Shown one piece after another: positions 10,303 through 22,375 of a stretch of DNA of 25,193 bases (position 1 is the first letter of the stretch; each line of letters starts with the position of its first letter). The notes beneath the pieces are model-generated. The model made no database searches. It saw only the letters and a program-made list of their open reading frames with translations, and was not told the DNA's origin. Source of the stretch: Chiloscyllium plagiosum (taxonomy: Eukaryota); the NCBI RefSeq assembly GCF_004010195.1, contig NC_057758.1, positions 719,396 to 744,588 on the forward strand, read 5' to 3'. Made by a program: the position numbers and the translations under genes.

Positions 10303-11076
10303 GATAAGAGTCCTTCAACACAGGCAGACCCTTTACCCCAAACAGGTCCATGCCGTACAAAATGTCCATCCACGCTAACTCAATTTCCATGCATTTGCCC
10401 CATGTCCTTCTAATCCTTTCCTATGCATGTACTTGTCAAAAACTCCTTTGAATGTTGTTAATGTACCCCCCTGAATCGATTCTGCTGACAGCATACTCCG
10501 TATGAATACTACCCTCTGTGGAAAGACGTTGCTACTCAGGTTCCCTTTTATTCTTTCCCGTCTGATATTAAACTGATGCCCTCTCGTCCTCAATTCCCCA
10601 AACCTGGAAAGAAGACTGACGGCGTTCACAGTATCCATGCCTCTCATGATCTTATCCACCTCGACATGTTCCCCTCTCAGTGTCCCATTCTCGAAAGAAA
10701 AAGTCCTAGCTTGTCCAAGCTCTCCCTATACCTCAGACCATTGAGTCGAGGCAACATCCTTGTAAATTACTTCTGCACTCTTTCTAGTTTAAGAACATCC
10801 TTTCTATAGCAAGGTGACCAAAACTGAACACAGTACTCCGAGTGCCACCTCACCAACGTCCTGTAAAACTGCAACATAACTACCTAACTTCAATGCTCAA
10901 TATCCTAACTGGTGAATGCCATTGTGCCAAAAAAAGCCTTCTTCACTGTCCTGACTACCTGTGACTCCACTTTCAGAGAACTGTGAACTTCAGCTCCAAG
11001 ATCCCTCTTTGGCTCGACCATTCACCATGAAACTCCGACCTTCATTTGACTTTCCAAAATGCAAGACCTCACATTT
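10303..11076 (-). mobile_element. CR1 LINE 3' fragment (RT C-terminus + 3' UTR)
   Basis: ORF 10375..10659 DKIMRGMDTVN..RTRGHQFNIRRER..FPQRVV..TFKGVFDKYM, with an upstream LEYCVQFWSP motif at ~10813-10842. Confidence 0.85.
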
Positions 11077-11086
11077 ATGGATATTA

Positions 11087-11683
11087 TTTCCTCCGGGTGC
11101 TCCGGTTTCCCCTCACAGTCCAAAGATGTGCAATTCAGGTGAATTAGCCATGCTAAGTTGGGGTTGGTGACGATTCGCCATGGCACATTCGTCGCTGCCG
11201 TTTAGCCACTGCCAGTTTGCCGCCAGCGTTTCTCCACTGGGGTCGTTTGACCTCTGGAGACTATTCGCCACCGGAAAAAAAAAATATATATATATATGTG
11301 TGTTGATTGTTTTCCCTCCCGCCTGCTCTTTCATACTTCTCAGTCCCCTTTTCATTATACAACAACATAGTACATATTGATAAAAAAAGAGGTGAAATAA
11401 ATATCATTTTATTGGTTTATTCATAAAAATGGGTTACAAACACATGCAGTGGCGAATCGTCCACAGCGGCCAATGGGTGGTGGCGAAGCGTCCTCAGCGG
11501 TAAAAGGGCAGTGGCTACTCGGTGGCGGCGAATGGTCCCATCCCGGTTAAATTGACCATAGTGTTAGGTGCCTGATCAGGGAGAAATATGGGGAATGAGG
11601 CTGGGTGAGTTGCTCTTCAGAGGGTCGGTGTGGACTTGTTGGGCCGAAGGGGCTATTTCAATACTGTAGGATATCTAATCTAA
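11087..11683 (+). mobile_element. 5'-truncated HE1-type SINE split by a DNA-transposon-like insertion
   Basis: TTTCCTCCGGGTGCTCCGGTTTCC..GCCATGCTAA|..|ATTGACC..GGACTTGTTGGGCCGAAGG..TCTAATCTAA. Confidence 0.85.
11157..11547. mobile_element. Non-autonomous DNA transposon (MITE-like), superfamily unassigned
   Basis: Cleanly interrupts the SINE with a TAA (or TA) duplication at 11154-11156 and 11548-11550. Imperfect TIRs (GGGTTGGTGACGATTCGCC vs GGCGAATGGTCCCATCCC). TTCGCCA motifs on the left, GGCGAA on the right, AT-rich core. Confidence 0.7.
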
Positions 11684-12019
11684 ACTCCAACTAAAGTGAA
11701 AACATCTGAAGGGATTGCTCATGATAGATTTGGGAGATGAGCAAATGCTCAGTTGGTACTAATGGGGAGAGACAAAGTTGAAACTCGGACGGCTTTGCTG
11801 AGATCAACCTGAAATTTGTTTGTGGGTGGGTAACAGCGGAAGTTACTCATGCTCTCTAATTGCGGCCAGCATAGCTAAGATAGATCAACAGTAATCCAGT
11901 ACATGTTTGTGTTCTAGAATTTATCATATCAATAACGGCACTGCAAAATAATGGTAAAAACATGTACATGATGATGAATTGAATCTGTCAGTTGAATCAA
12001 AGTGAGATCCTGTCATGGT

Positions 12020-13695
12020 TGTGACAATGCTACCACTTTATTAAAAAGTTATTTTGTCCTTGAGTTTATTTTTAAAGAAATTTCGTAAAGGCAGAGGTGC
12101 CAAGGGGTCTAGGTAGAGCCTCGTTTAACAATGGCAGGGGAGTGGCCAATTCTCCAAGTTCAGTTTTATTGATCGAAACAAAACTGGGAGGTAGAGCTCG
12201 TGTGATATTTGCATTACTATTAGATTAGGTATCTGGGGAGTATGAAGAGGAGAGGAAAGCCATCTTAAGTACATGCGAGTTTGTGCCAGAAGCTGACAGA
12301 CATATCGAATGAAATAAGTAAAGAGCACAAGTTATCAACTTTAAAACAAATGGGTGAAAAAAAGCAGGTGTTGCGGATAACTCATGTTTTGCCATTAGGT
12401 GATCCTTCAGGAGGAAGGAAATCTGAGGCTAAAATGCAATTTCTTTTGTCCTGGACTGCGTAGGGATGTAGTTACATTTTTCCAGACATGCCATACATGT
12501 TAGATAATTGGAAATCCACAGGTAGTAATAAAACCAGCAGGTTTCATACCGATTCCTGCATTTTATGAAATATGTATACAGTTCTTAAGTGTTTGCGAAG
12601 GTTCCTTACAGAAAACAGAAGGTCTGAGTCAGCATTTGTTAACAAAAGTGAATGCTTCCACGAGATTTTGATTTGAAAATGTGACAGCTGTAGAAAATAG
12701 CTGTAGAACAGTTACTGATATTTTGCCCCAAATACGGATACTCACAGAGAAACAATCAGTTCAAGGGTCACATTTTACAGCAACATTCTTCAGGGAAGTT
12801 ACGGAAACCTTAGGAAAATAGCAATTCAAAGCCACTTCCAACATTCAGAATGATAGGGAGCGCTCACAAGTTGGCAACAGATGTGAAAGCCCATGTTAAG
12901 GGTTTATAGTTAATACTATCCAGACGATGGGGATAAAGTAAATCCGTTTGTATCTTTTCACATTATCGATGCACCAAATGAATCTATCAGTTTCAAGTCC
13001 ATTTGAAATAGTTTTGGGCGTGATGGCCCAAATTAAGGAAGAAATAATTAATCAGAGTTCAGAAACCATTCATTTGGAATTTATGTCAAAGATAAGTGAA
13101 TGATTAAATAGAGTGTAGGAGGTAGCTAGACAGCATTTAAATAATCACAGTATTTTATGAAACAGGAAGCAGACAAGAGATCAACGGTTCGCAGTTTTAC
13201 TAATAGGAATAAAGTGTTAGTGTTACTTTCGATGACTGACAAACCATTAAAAACAAGATTGTCTTTATATAATCGAAGGGAGATTGAGTGAAGTAATGTT
13301 TTTAATAAGGATTCCAAAGAAATCTCACAGAGTATGCTGTGTGAGTATGCTCAAACGGTATTCTGATAGGGAAAGAAAAGAAAAAGAAAACTTGGTCCTG
13401 TTTGCAAAAGACAGTGATGAACCAAGTTCAGAGGATGCTGAATTGGGCATTCCTCAAATTAGCTAGGAAAATGAAGAAGTTCTCAAAAATTGGGATAAAT
13501 TATTCATTAAACGTTCAGAGGATAACTGGAAGGAGCTGAAAGACGTATCAAAATTGCGTGGGGAGACATGTCGGAATAAGGTGAAAATTACGAATTTCAT
13601 TATCCATTATATAGAGAGTGGAATTGTTTTAATTAAGCAACATCCTTCCGGATATAACTCTGCAATTGGCACAGGTTCAAAAAGAGATTGAATAT
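12020..13695 (+). mobile_element. Older Gmr1-type Gypsy remnant: partial LTR, integrase, start of RT
   Basis: TGTGACAATGC.. is homologous to the reverse complement of the 23057-23654 LTR. Integrase PGLRRDVVTFFQTCHTC..KPAGFIPIPAF, then HRVCCVSMLKRY, then IKQHP..VQKEIEY, collinear with the minus-strand element. Confidence 0.82.
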
Positions 13696-14572
13696 TATTA
13701 TAGACTAAGCCTGACCTCTCAAAACATTCTTAAGCGTGCAGCTTAAGCGATAACTTTGCAATTTTTTCATTGAGTGTACCCGGATGAAGCTAGCTGGGTT
13801 TACTGCTAGATTTTAAAACAGACAGAAAATTATTCATAAAGCAACACGATGAAACACAAAACATAGAATAAAGAAACACATCAGAACTCAACCAATCCAA
13901 CTAGACTTAATTATCCTGTTCTGAATACACACAACAGCCCTAATAACAAAACTCCCTTTGAAACAAAAAATGAAAATGGAACACATGCTTACAGGTTTAT
14001 GTTGAAGGGCAGAAAAAGAGACAGATTTTCCAGACACTCCCTGTCGAACTTCCAACCAGTTCAAGACGGAACTAAACTGCTCAGCTCAGCTGGAGAGCTG
14101 ACCACTCCCCTTTCGTTATCCATGTCACTTCTAAAACATGACCACTTTCGCCTGAAGTCTCATCTGGTTACAAATAAACAAAAGGCATCTAAAAATCCTT
14201 TTTCATCTCTATAGCAAACCAGACTGATCAGAGCCTGGCCCACTTTATTACCCCTCCGAAAAAGTGCAGGATAGACTATGCTTGAGTTGACAGTGTGTTG
14301 TTGGAAAAGCACAACAGGTCAGGCAACATCCGACGAGCAGGAAAAACGACGTTTCGGGTCAGAGACCTTCATCAGGAATAACACTGGGAACCTTGGATGT
14401 GAACTGAACTGAAATGTTAATTTTCCTGCTCCTCGGATGCTGCCTGACCTGCTGCACTTTTACAGCAATATGCTCTCAACTCTGATCTCCAGCATCTGCG
14501 GACTTCACTGCCACAAGAGTTTGTTTGAGGCAAGAAACAACTTTTAGAAAAAAAGGGACAAGGTTTGTGGCA
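13696..14572 (-). repeat. 3' LTR (contains a Penelope-like insertion)
   Basis: TATTATAGACTAAG..AGGTTTGTGGCA, collinear with 22398-22987. Confidence 0.85.
14287..14515. mobile_element. Second palindromic Penelope-like insertion with a minus-strand hammerhead motif
   Basis: Absent from the 5' LTR. Inverted arms like the 4522 element. Minus strand CTGATGA-A-GGTC-TCT-GACC-C-GAAAC-GTC (~14348-14375). Degenerate 14-bp TSD at 14273-14286 and 14516-14529 (11/14). Confidence 0.78.
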
Positions 14573-14747
14573 AGTACGCTGAAAACAATGCCACGTCAAT
14601 ACCAAAAGTGGCTTGATTTTTAACACTTCAAACCCCGCTGAGTAGTCTTAACACTCATTTACACGATGCTAACTATAAACGTGCTAACATGCACAACCAC
14701 GTGCAAATTTAGCCTGCAACACACCCACCATCGAACACCTCCATATC

Positions 14748-15110
14748 TTATTCGAGTCTCCATAATGCATTGGCGATCATGTTTTTGTCATCTGCCATAT
14801 GCACAATTGTCAAGTTGAATGGCTGCAACAATAAGCTCCATCTGAACAATCTGGCATTTTTGCCCTTATGTTTGTCGACTAAACGTCAATAGTGTGTGAT
14901 CAGTGCATATGATTATGTAAGATGCATTGCTGGTAATAACAACACTAAAATGTTGCCATGCCAACACCAAGTTTAAAGTCTGTTTCTCCAGCGTTGAATA
15001 TTTCTGCTGATGAACATTCAACTTTCTGGAAAATTACCCGATGGGTCTTTCTATTCCAGCGTCATCCTCATGAGAGAGGACCACAACGACACTCACATGG
15101 GACTGGCATC
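14748..15110 (-). pseudogene. Gypsy RNase H remnant (C-terminal domain of pol)
   Basis: Hand translation: DAS..GIERPIG*FSRKLNVHQQKYSTLEKQ..TDH..NARLFRWSLLLQPFNLTIVH..NMIANALWRLE*. Confidence 0.85.
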
Positions 15111-17110
15111 ATAGAACATAGAACAATACAGCACAGAACAGGCCCTTCAGCCCACGATGTTGTGCCGAACATTTTCCTAGCTTAAGCACCCATCCATGTA
15201 CATATCCAATTACCGCTTAAAGGTCGCCAATGGGTCTGACTCTGCCACTCCCACAGGCAGCGCATTCCATGTCCCCACCACTCTCTGGGTAAAGAACCTA
15301 CCCCGACATCCTCCCTATACCTTCCATCCTTCAACTTAAATTTATGTCCGGTTGTAACACTCTGTTGTACCCGGGGAAAACGTTTCTGACTGTTTATTCT
15401 ATCTATTCCTCTGATCATCTTATAAACCTCTATCAAGTCACCACTCATCCTTCGCAGTTCCAATGAGAAAAGGCCTAGCACTCTCAACCTTTCCACGTAC
15501 GACCTATTCTCCATTCCAGGCAACATCCTGGTAAATCTTCTCTGCTCTCTCTCCAAAGCTTTCACATCTTTCCTAAAGTGAGGCGACCAGAACTGCACAC
15601 AGTACCACAAATGTGCCCTAACCAAGGTCCGAAACACCTGCAACATCACCTCACGACTCTTGAATTCAATCCCTCTGTTAATGAACGCTAATACACCACA
15701 GGCCTTCTTACAAGCACTATCCACCTGAGTGGCAACTTTCAAAGATCTTTTAACATAGACCCCAAGATCCCTCTACTCCTCCACCTTACTAAGAACCCTA
15801 TCGTTAACCCTATATTCTGCATTCTTATTTGTCCTTCCAAAGTGGACAACCTCACACTTGACAGGGTTGAAGTCCATCTGCCACTCCTCAGCCCAGCTCT
15901 GCATCATTTCGAGGTCACTTTGCAGCCGACAACAGCCCTCCTCACTATCCACAACTCCACCAATCTTCGTATCATCTGCAAATTTACTGACCCACCCTTC
16001 GACGCCCTCTTCCAAGTCATTAATAAAAATTACAAACAGCAGAGGACCCAGAACTGATCCCTGCGGAACTCCACTTGTAACTGGTCTCCAGGCAGAATAT
16101 TTACCATTTACCACCACTCTCTGAGTTCGACCAGTTAGCCAGTGTTCTATCCAACTGGCCAAATCTCCCTCTATCCTATGCCTCCTGACATTCTGCATAA
16201 GCCCACCATGGGGAACCTAATCAAATGCCTTACTAAAATCCATGTACACGACATCCACTGCTCTACCCTCATTCACATGCTTGGTCACCTCCTGAAAGAA
16301 TTCAATAAGACTGTAAGGCAAGACCTACCCTTCACAAATCCGTGCTGGCTGTCCCTAATCAAGCAGTGTCTTTCCAGATACTCATAAATCCTATCCCTCA
16401 GTACCCTTTCCATTATATTGCCTACCATCGAAGTAAGACATATTGGCCGGAAATTCCCGGGGTTATCCCTATTCCCTTTTTTGAACAGGGGCACAGCATT
16501 CACCACTCTCCAGTCTCCTGGTACCACCCCCTTTGACATTGAAGACGAAAAAATCATTGCCAACGGCTCTGCAATTTCCTCTCTTGCTTCCCACATAATC
16601 CTAGGATATATCCCGTCAGACCCGGGGGACTTGTCTATCCTCGAGTTGTTCAAAATGTCCAACACATCTTCCTTCCTAACATGTATCTCCTCTAGCTTAC
16701 CCGTCTGTTTCACACTCTCCTCTTCAACAATACGGTCCCTCTCATTCGTAAATACTGAAGGAAAGTATTCATTCAAGACCTCTCCTATCTCTTCCGACTC
16801 AATACACAGTCTCCCACTACTGTCCTTGATCGGACCTACCCTCGTTCTCGTCATTCTCATGTTTCTCACATACGCATAAAATGCCTTGGGTTTATCCTTG
16901 ATCTTATAGCCTAAGATTTTTCATGCCCTCTCTTAGCTCTCCTAATTACTTTCATCAGCTCCCTTCTGGCTATCCTGTATCCCTGCAACGCTCTGTTTGA
17001 ACTTTGTTTCCTTAACCTTATGTAAACCTCCTTCTTCCTCTTTACAAGACATTCAACCTCCGATCGTCAACCAAAGTTCCCTCACACGACCATTTCTTTC
17101 CTGCCTGACA

Positions 17111-17347
17111 GGTACATACATATCAAGGACACGTTGTATCTGGTCCTTGAAAAAGTTCCACATTTCCACGAGATCCTTCCCTGACAGCCTCTGCTCCCAA
17201 CTTATGCTCCTCAGATCCTGTCTTACAACCGGTACATACATATCAAGGACACGTCGTATCTGGTCCTTGAAAAAGTTCCACATTTCCAAGACATCCTTCC
17301 CTGACAGCCTCTGCTCCCAACTTAAGCTCCTCAGATCCTGTCTTACA
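17111..17347. repeat. 120-bp tandem duplication inside LINE ORF2
   Basis: 17111-17227 vs 17231-17347, 4 mismatches. Confidence 0.95.
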
Positions 17348-17552
17348 GCATCGAATTTACCCTTCCCCCAATTGTAAAACCTACTCTGTTGCACGCACCT
17401 ATCTCTCTCCATAACCAAGGTGAAAGTCACAGAATTGTGGTCACCATCACCAAAATATTCACCCACTAACAAGCCCATCACTTGTCCCGGATAGTTACCA
17501 AGTACCAAATGCAATATGGCCTCCCCTCTGGTCGGACAATCTATATACTGAG

Positions 17553-17624
17553 GTGGTTGAAACTTTATTGCTGGAACAGCACAGCAGGTCAGGCAGCATC
17601 CAGGGAACAGGAGATTCGACGTTC
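17553..17624 (-). mobile_element. 72-bp Penelope-like fragment flanked by a 41-bp perfect direct repeat
   Basis: GCTGGAACAGCACAGCAGGTCAGGCAGCATCC..TCGACGTT matches the arm of the 4522 element. Repeat at 17512-17552 = 17625-17665. Confidence 0.85.
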
Positions 17625-18283
17625 CAATATGGCCTCCCCTCTGGTCGGACAATCTATATACTGAGTTAGAAAAGCTTCCCGGATACACTGCACAAACAAC
17701 GCCCCATCCAATCTACTTGATCTAAAGAGCTTCCAATCAATATTTGCCCCCTCCTTTTTTACCACCCTCCCTAATCTTACTGAAACATCTGTAACCAGGA
17801 ACCTTCAACAACCATTCCTGTCCCTCTTCCATCCATGTTTCCGTAACGGCCACAACATCGTAGACCAAGGTACCGATCCATGCCTTAAGTTCACCCACCT
17901 TATTTCTGATACTCCTTGCGTTGAAATATAAACACTTGAAACCATTTCTGTGTCCGCAAGTATTCCCTGTCAGTGCTACCTTCTCCACAGCCTCCCTACA
18001 TTCTTGGACATCCTGACAAACTGCTAGCCTATTTGTTGGACTACAAGTCCGGATCCCACCCCCGTGCCAAATTAGTTTGAACTCCAAATTAGTTAGAGTG
18101 GTAGCAAACCTACCTCCCAGGATATTGGTGCCCTTCTGGTTCAGGTGCAACCCGTCCTGCTTGTACAGGTCCCACCTTCCCAGAATGCAGTCCAATTGTC
18201 CAAATACCTGAAGCCTCCTTCACCATCCTTGCAGCCACGTGGTCAACTGCACTCTCTCCCTATTCCTTGCCTCACTGTCACGT

Positions 18284-19200
18284 GCATCGATAGCCACCTT
18301 GAAAGGCTTCGTGCAATCGAGTGTGGCTAATATTAGGGCCGTGGATAAATACAGTTTTGGGGCTGTCAAATGTCTTTTGATTGCCCTCTGACCACTGAAA
18401 CTCTTGGCTTTTTTTAACAATTCGGCGAGTGGAGGAGCCACGCTGCTGAAGTTCGGCATAAACTTTTGGTAAAATCCACTCAGCCCTTGGATCTGCTGAG
18501 GCACTGCTTTTCTTGTCGATAGCAGGGGAAATTCCCCAATTATTTTCATTTTCGCATCCCGTGAGGCTGTTTATCCACGTCCAAAAACATGGCCCAGGAA
18601 GTTGACTTGGGCTTTGGTAAATTAACTTTTTGCTAGGTTTACCACCAAGCCTGCCTTCCGAATTTGATCGAGTAGGTCCGATAAATCCCGCAAATGCTTC
18701 TTTTATGAATGACTAAATATCACGAGGTCATCAATATATACCACACAGCTGGGTAATCCGGCAGTGACCTTATTAGCCAAACTCTGAAATGTGGCTGGAG
18801 CGTTTTTCACACGAAATGACTTAGGACTGATAGTCCATTTGACGCCACGAAAGGCAAAATTGCCTTTGCTCTTGATGACAGAGGTAGTTGCGAGTTGCCT
18901 CTGAGCAAGTCCAACTGGGCAATGTAAGTTGTAAGTTCCAGGTTTTTCGACATAGTCCTCCAAACGTGGAAATGCATCAGTCTTTGTAACGGCGTTGACT
19001 TTAAGGTCGTCCACACAGAACCGTTGGTTACCACCTGGCTTTGGCACCATGAGTATCGGTGAGCTCCAATCACCGCAACTCACTTCGATTATGCCATGCG
19101 TTCTATTTCCTTCTGAAACTGTACCAACTTTAGAGGGTTCTGCTTAATCGGAACAGCATTTTCTATATCCACATCACGCACAAGTTGGTTAGTACTTCCC
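18284..19200 (-). pseudogene. Gypsy reverse transcriptase remnant and first residues of RNase H
   Basis: WSSPILMVPKP..RFCVDDLKVNAVT, LDLLRG, KNAPATFQ, VYIDDLVIFS, KPFKVAIDA. Confidence 0.9.
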
Positions 19201-19399
19201 AGTTAATTTCTGCATGTCTCCCCATGTGATAGTAATAATTCTTTCAGATCCATTTCGATTTTGTTGTGCAAGGTAACTCAAAAATTCATCCCAATTTTTG
19301 GCATCTTCCTCATTGTTCAATTTGATTTGAGGAATGTCCAATTTGGAATCCTCTGAACTTGGTTCTTACTTCTGAGTTGTAATCATTAATAACTTGTCC

Positions 19400-20800
19400 T
19401 GTTGCTTTCCTTCCCTATCAAAATACATTCTGAACTGATTCACATGACACACTCTGTGAGATTGCTTCCTGTCTCCAGTCCTTTTCAGGTAGATCACCAC
19501 AGTCAGTTTCTTCTTAATTTGAAAAAGTCCACTAAACCAGGCTTTTAAAGGCTCACCTGTTACTGGAAATAACACCAATACCTTAACCATATTGCAAAAT
19601 TGCGCATTTGTGATTTCTGATCTTATTTTGTTCGTTATTTTCCGTGATACGTTAAAATGCAGTCTAGTCAACCCTCCAGCTCTAATTTCCCTGAAATGGG
19701 ACATATAGTTCAAATGGGTGGTCTCTGAATTTGGGCTTATAATTTCTCCTTAATCAATTTTAACAGTCCTCTTACTTCATGCCCCAAAATTAATTCAAAT
19801 TGACTAAACTTGATCGATATATTCGGGTGCATGTCTGATTCACAAAAAGTACAAATAGCATGCCCTTATTGCAATCATCTGGAAAATCCTGACCATAAGC
19901 CCTCAACATAGTCTTTTCTGTTTGAAGCCATCTCTCCACTGCTTTCTGCGATTCTGGACGTTATGCAATAGATTTGAATTGCTTTATTGCCAAGTTATTC
20001 ATAATCTCCTTGGATAGTTTGGTTGTGAACTTTGATCCTTGATCTGACTGGATCTCTATTGGTAGTCCATATCTAGTTAAAAAAAAACAATTATTCTACA
20101 AAACTTTTAGTTGTGTTGTTGCCTAATGGGATTGCCTCTGGAAATCTCATCGACAGATCCATTATTGTTAAGAAATACTCATTCCGACGTTTTTTTTTAG
20201 ATTAGATTACATTACAGTGTGGAAACAGGCCCTTCGGCCCAACAAGTCCACACCGACCCGCCGAAGCGAAACCCACCCATACCGGAAACCGGAGCACCCG
20301 GAGGAAACCCACGCAGACACGGGGAGAACGTGCAAACTCCACACAGTCAGTCGCCTGAGGCGGGAATTGAACTCGGGTCTCAGGCGCTGTGAGGCAGCAG
20401 TGCTAACCACTGTGCCACCGTGCCGCCCCTACGTTGTTTTACGTAGGGGAACGACGCAATCAATCAAGACTCTTATGAAAGTTTGCTCAAATGCTGGAAT
20501 AGGTATTAAAGGTGCAGGTTTTAATACTGCCTGTGGTTTTCGGATTAGCTGATATGTATGACACGTCTGGCAAAACACATCTATTCCTTCGTGTAGTCCA
20601 GGCCAGTAAAAATGTCTTTGTATTTTAGCCTGTGTTTTCCTCCCCAAAATGACCTTCAAGTGGTAGCTCATGCACCACTCGCAGCACTTCCTTTCCATAC
20701 CCGACTGGCAAAACAATTAGATGAATCTCGGCCTATTTCTCATCGACTTGAATGTGTGATGGTCTCCATTTCCTCATTAAGGTATCATTTCTGAAGCAAT
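19400..20800 (-). pseudogene. Integrase remnant (Zn-binding + DDE core + C-terminal domain)
   Basis: KTQAKIQRHFYWPGL..CQTCHTYQ, RVLIDCVVPL, RFPEAIPL, YGLPIEIQSDQGSKF, AVERW, RVCHVN. Confidence 0.88.
20197..20427 (-). mobile_element. HE1-type V-SINE with an internal deletion, inserted in the integrase
   Basis: Near-identical to the reverse complement of 5280-5589 but lacks the segment between CCGGTTTCC and ATGGGTGGG. (TAATC)n-type tail. Confidence 0.92.
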
Positions 20801-21098
20801 AATACAGAGGAAGGTATTCACTGTGCTTTTCTGGATTTGCCTTTTGATATAACTGTTTTAACTGCTCACCTTTCTGCTGTAATTCAATCAGCTTAGCAGA
20901 GCTAAAATTACATGCATGTTTACCTATTTGCTCCTTCTCTACTCCACTTATCTGATCAAAGTATGTTTTGGATAAAACGGTGTCAACTCCCTTTTCTGTG
21001 CCGTTTGATCTCTCCTGATTCAGCCTGTGTCTCTGTGATTTGGTGATCACACAATCAGGGAAAACCCCTGGAAAACCATTCTCCCTGTCTTCAATATC

Positions 21099-21410
21099 CT
21101 ATGTCACCACTGGCTTTTCAACTGCAGGAAGCAGCCCGCCTACTGGTGAATCAGCCAAGGACAAGGACAAGCCATTTGCAAGGAGAAATTGTATTCCTGG
21201 AGCTGCGACTTTGTCCAGTAATCCGACTACACCTTCTCCACTCTTCTCTGGACTCTCTAGCATCACTTTGCATAACTGAGCAGTTTTTGTCTCACTATGA
21301 ATTCCTGTTACAAGTACCTTTTCAGTCAATCGTCCCTCAGGAGTGCATATCTCCTCATCCTTCAGAGGATGCTGTGTTCCTTAATATTGTGACCTCCTCA
21401 CCTCCTGTTA
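21099..21410 (-). pseudogene. Aspartic protease remnant
   Basis: EVTILRNTASS (decayed LRDTG) and GIQFLLANGL (decayed ILGND). Confidence 0.65.
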
Positions 21411-21499
21411 CTGACCTATGCAAATACGCTTTAATATTTTATGCACATCTGGCACTGCATGCATAATCAACCTCTGATCATCTTGTACACTCTGAGGCC

Positions 21500-22299
21500 G
21501 TTGTCTCACTTCCCTTGTGCTTTCTGTTACTCGTGCAACAAACCTTCCAGGCTTGTCCGTTTTTCCGACATCTGGCTTTCTCCTAGCCGACCAAATCGTG
21601 ATTTTATGTGGCCTACGTTATTACAATGAAAACACCAAAACTTTTCAACTCTTTTCTCCCCCTCAAGGATTTTATTTTATCCTGCGGTAAGTTATCCTTA
21701 TGATCTTCACTGAGATCTACTTTTCCTTTTCCACGTGAGGACTTCTCTTTGACCAATTTCTATTCCTTATGGACTGAAATTGATTTTGGAAGCCAAACCG
21801 AGTTTTATGGAACAGCTCATATTCATCAGCCACTTCGGCTGCTAACGTTGCTGTTTTAACTGTCTGCTCTTCCACATGAGTTTGCACTACTTCCTCACGA
21901 TGTCTCCAGCCTTTTAAGCGGACTTTCCTATTTCAATGTCAGTTTTTGAAGTTCAAGATCTCTCGGTTTTTCTTTCTCTGCTCTTTCCCCCTCTCTTCTG
22001 CTTTTAATCGAAACCCAAACTGTCCCATTTCTGCTGCCCTTTCCTTATTTCTCGCCTCTAACTCAAGCTGCTTCATTTGCAATTGAATTCTTGTCATCTT
22101 TATAGATTCTGATGGTTTCTCCAGCAAGTTTAAATACTGAGCTACTGCTGTAATTATCTCTTCTTTCCACGCAGAAGCAGGCAGTTGCAATTCCAGCTTC
22201 TCTGCTAATTCTTGCAACTTGGTCTTATTCACTTTTTTCCAAACTTTCAAAATCACCGTATTCACAACCAGAAAACCTCTGGCGACTGAAAGAGCCATT
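21500..22299 (-). pseudogene. gag (internally deleted) with SCAN-like capsid tail and zinc knuckle
   Basis: MALSVARGF..KTKLQELAEKLEL, coiled coil, VQTHVEEQTVKTATLAAEVADEY (~21818-21890), knuckle CFHCNNVGHIKSRF (~21593-21634). Confidence 0.75.
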
Positions 22300-22375
22300 T
22301 CTATCCCAAGATTTATCTACTCAACCAACTAACACCCGAAATAAAGACACTAGCATCTGCCCCTCGCTGTTTAAA

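Larger units (their letters stand above)
15111..18283 (-). mobile_element. 5'-truncated CR1/HER1-like LINE inserted in the Gypsy RNase H
   Basis: DGLHLN (ORF1 end), YFNARSIRNK, SGVPQGSVLGPLLF, KFADDTK and a (TTCTATG)n tail at 15111-15125. GCATC occurs at both junctions (15106-15110, 18284-18288). Confidence 0.93.

Noticed and set aside
17111..17665. Direct repeats with a spacer, as a possible CRISPR-like array
   Set aside because: Only two copies of each repeat, both made of LINE coding sequence, in a vertebrate context. They are explained as a tandem duplication and a TSD.
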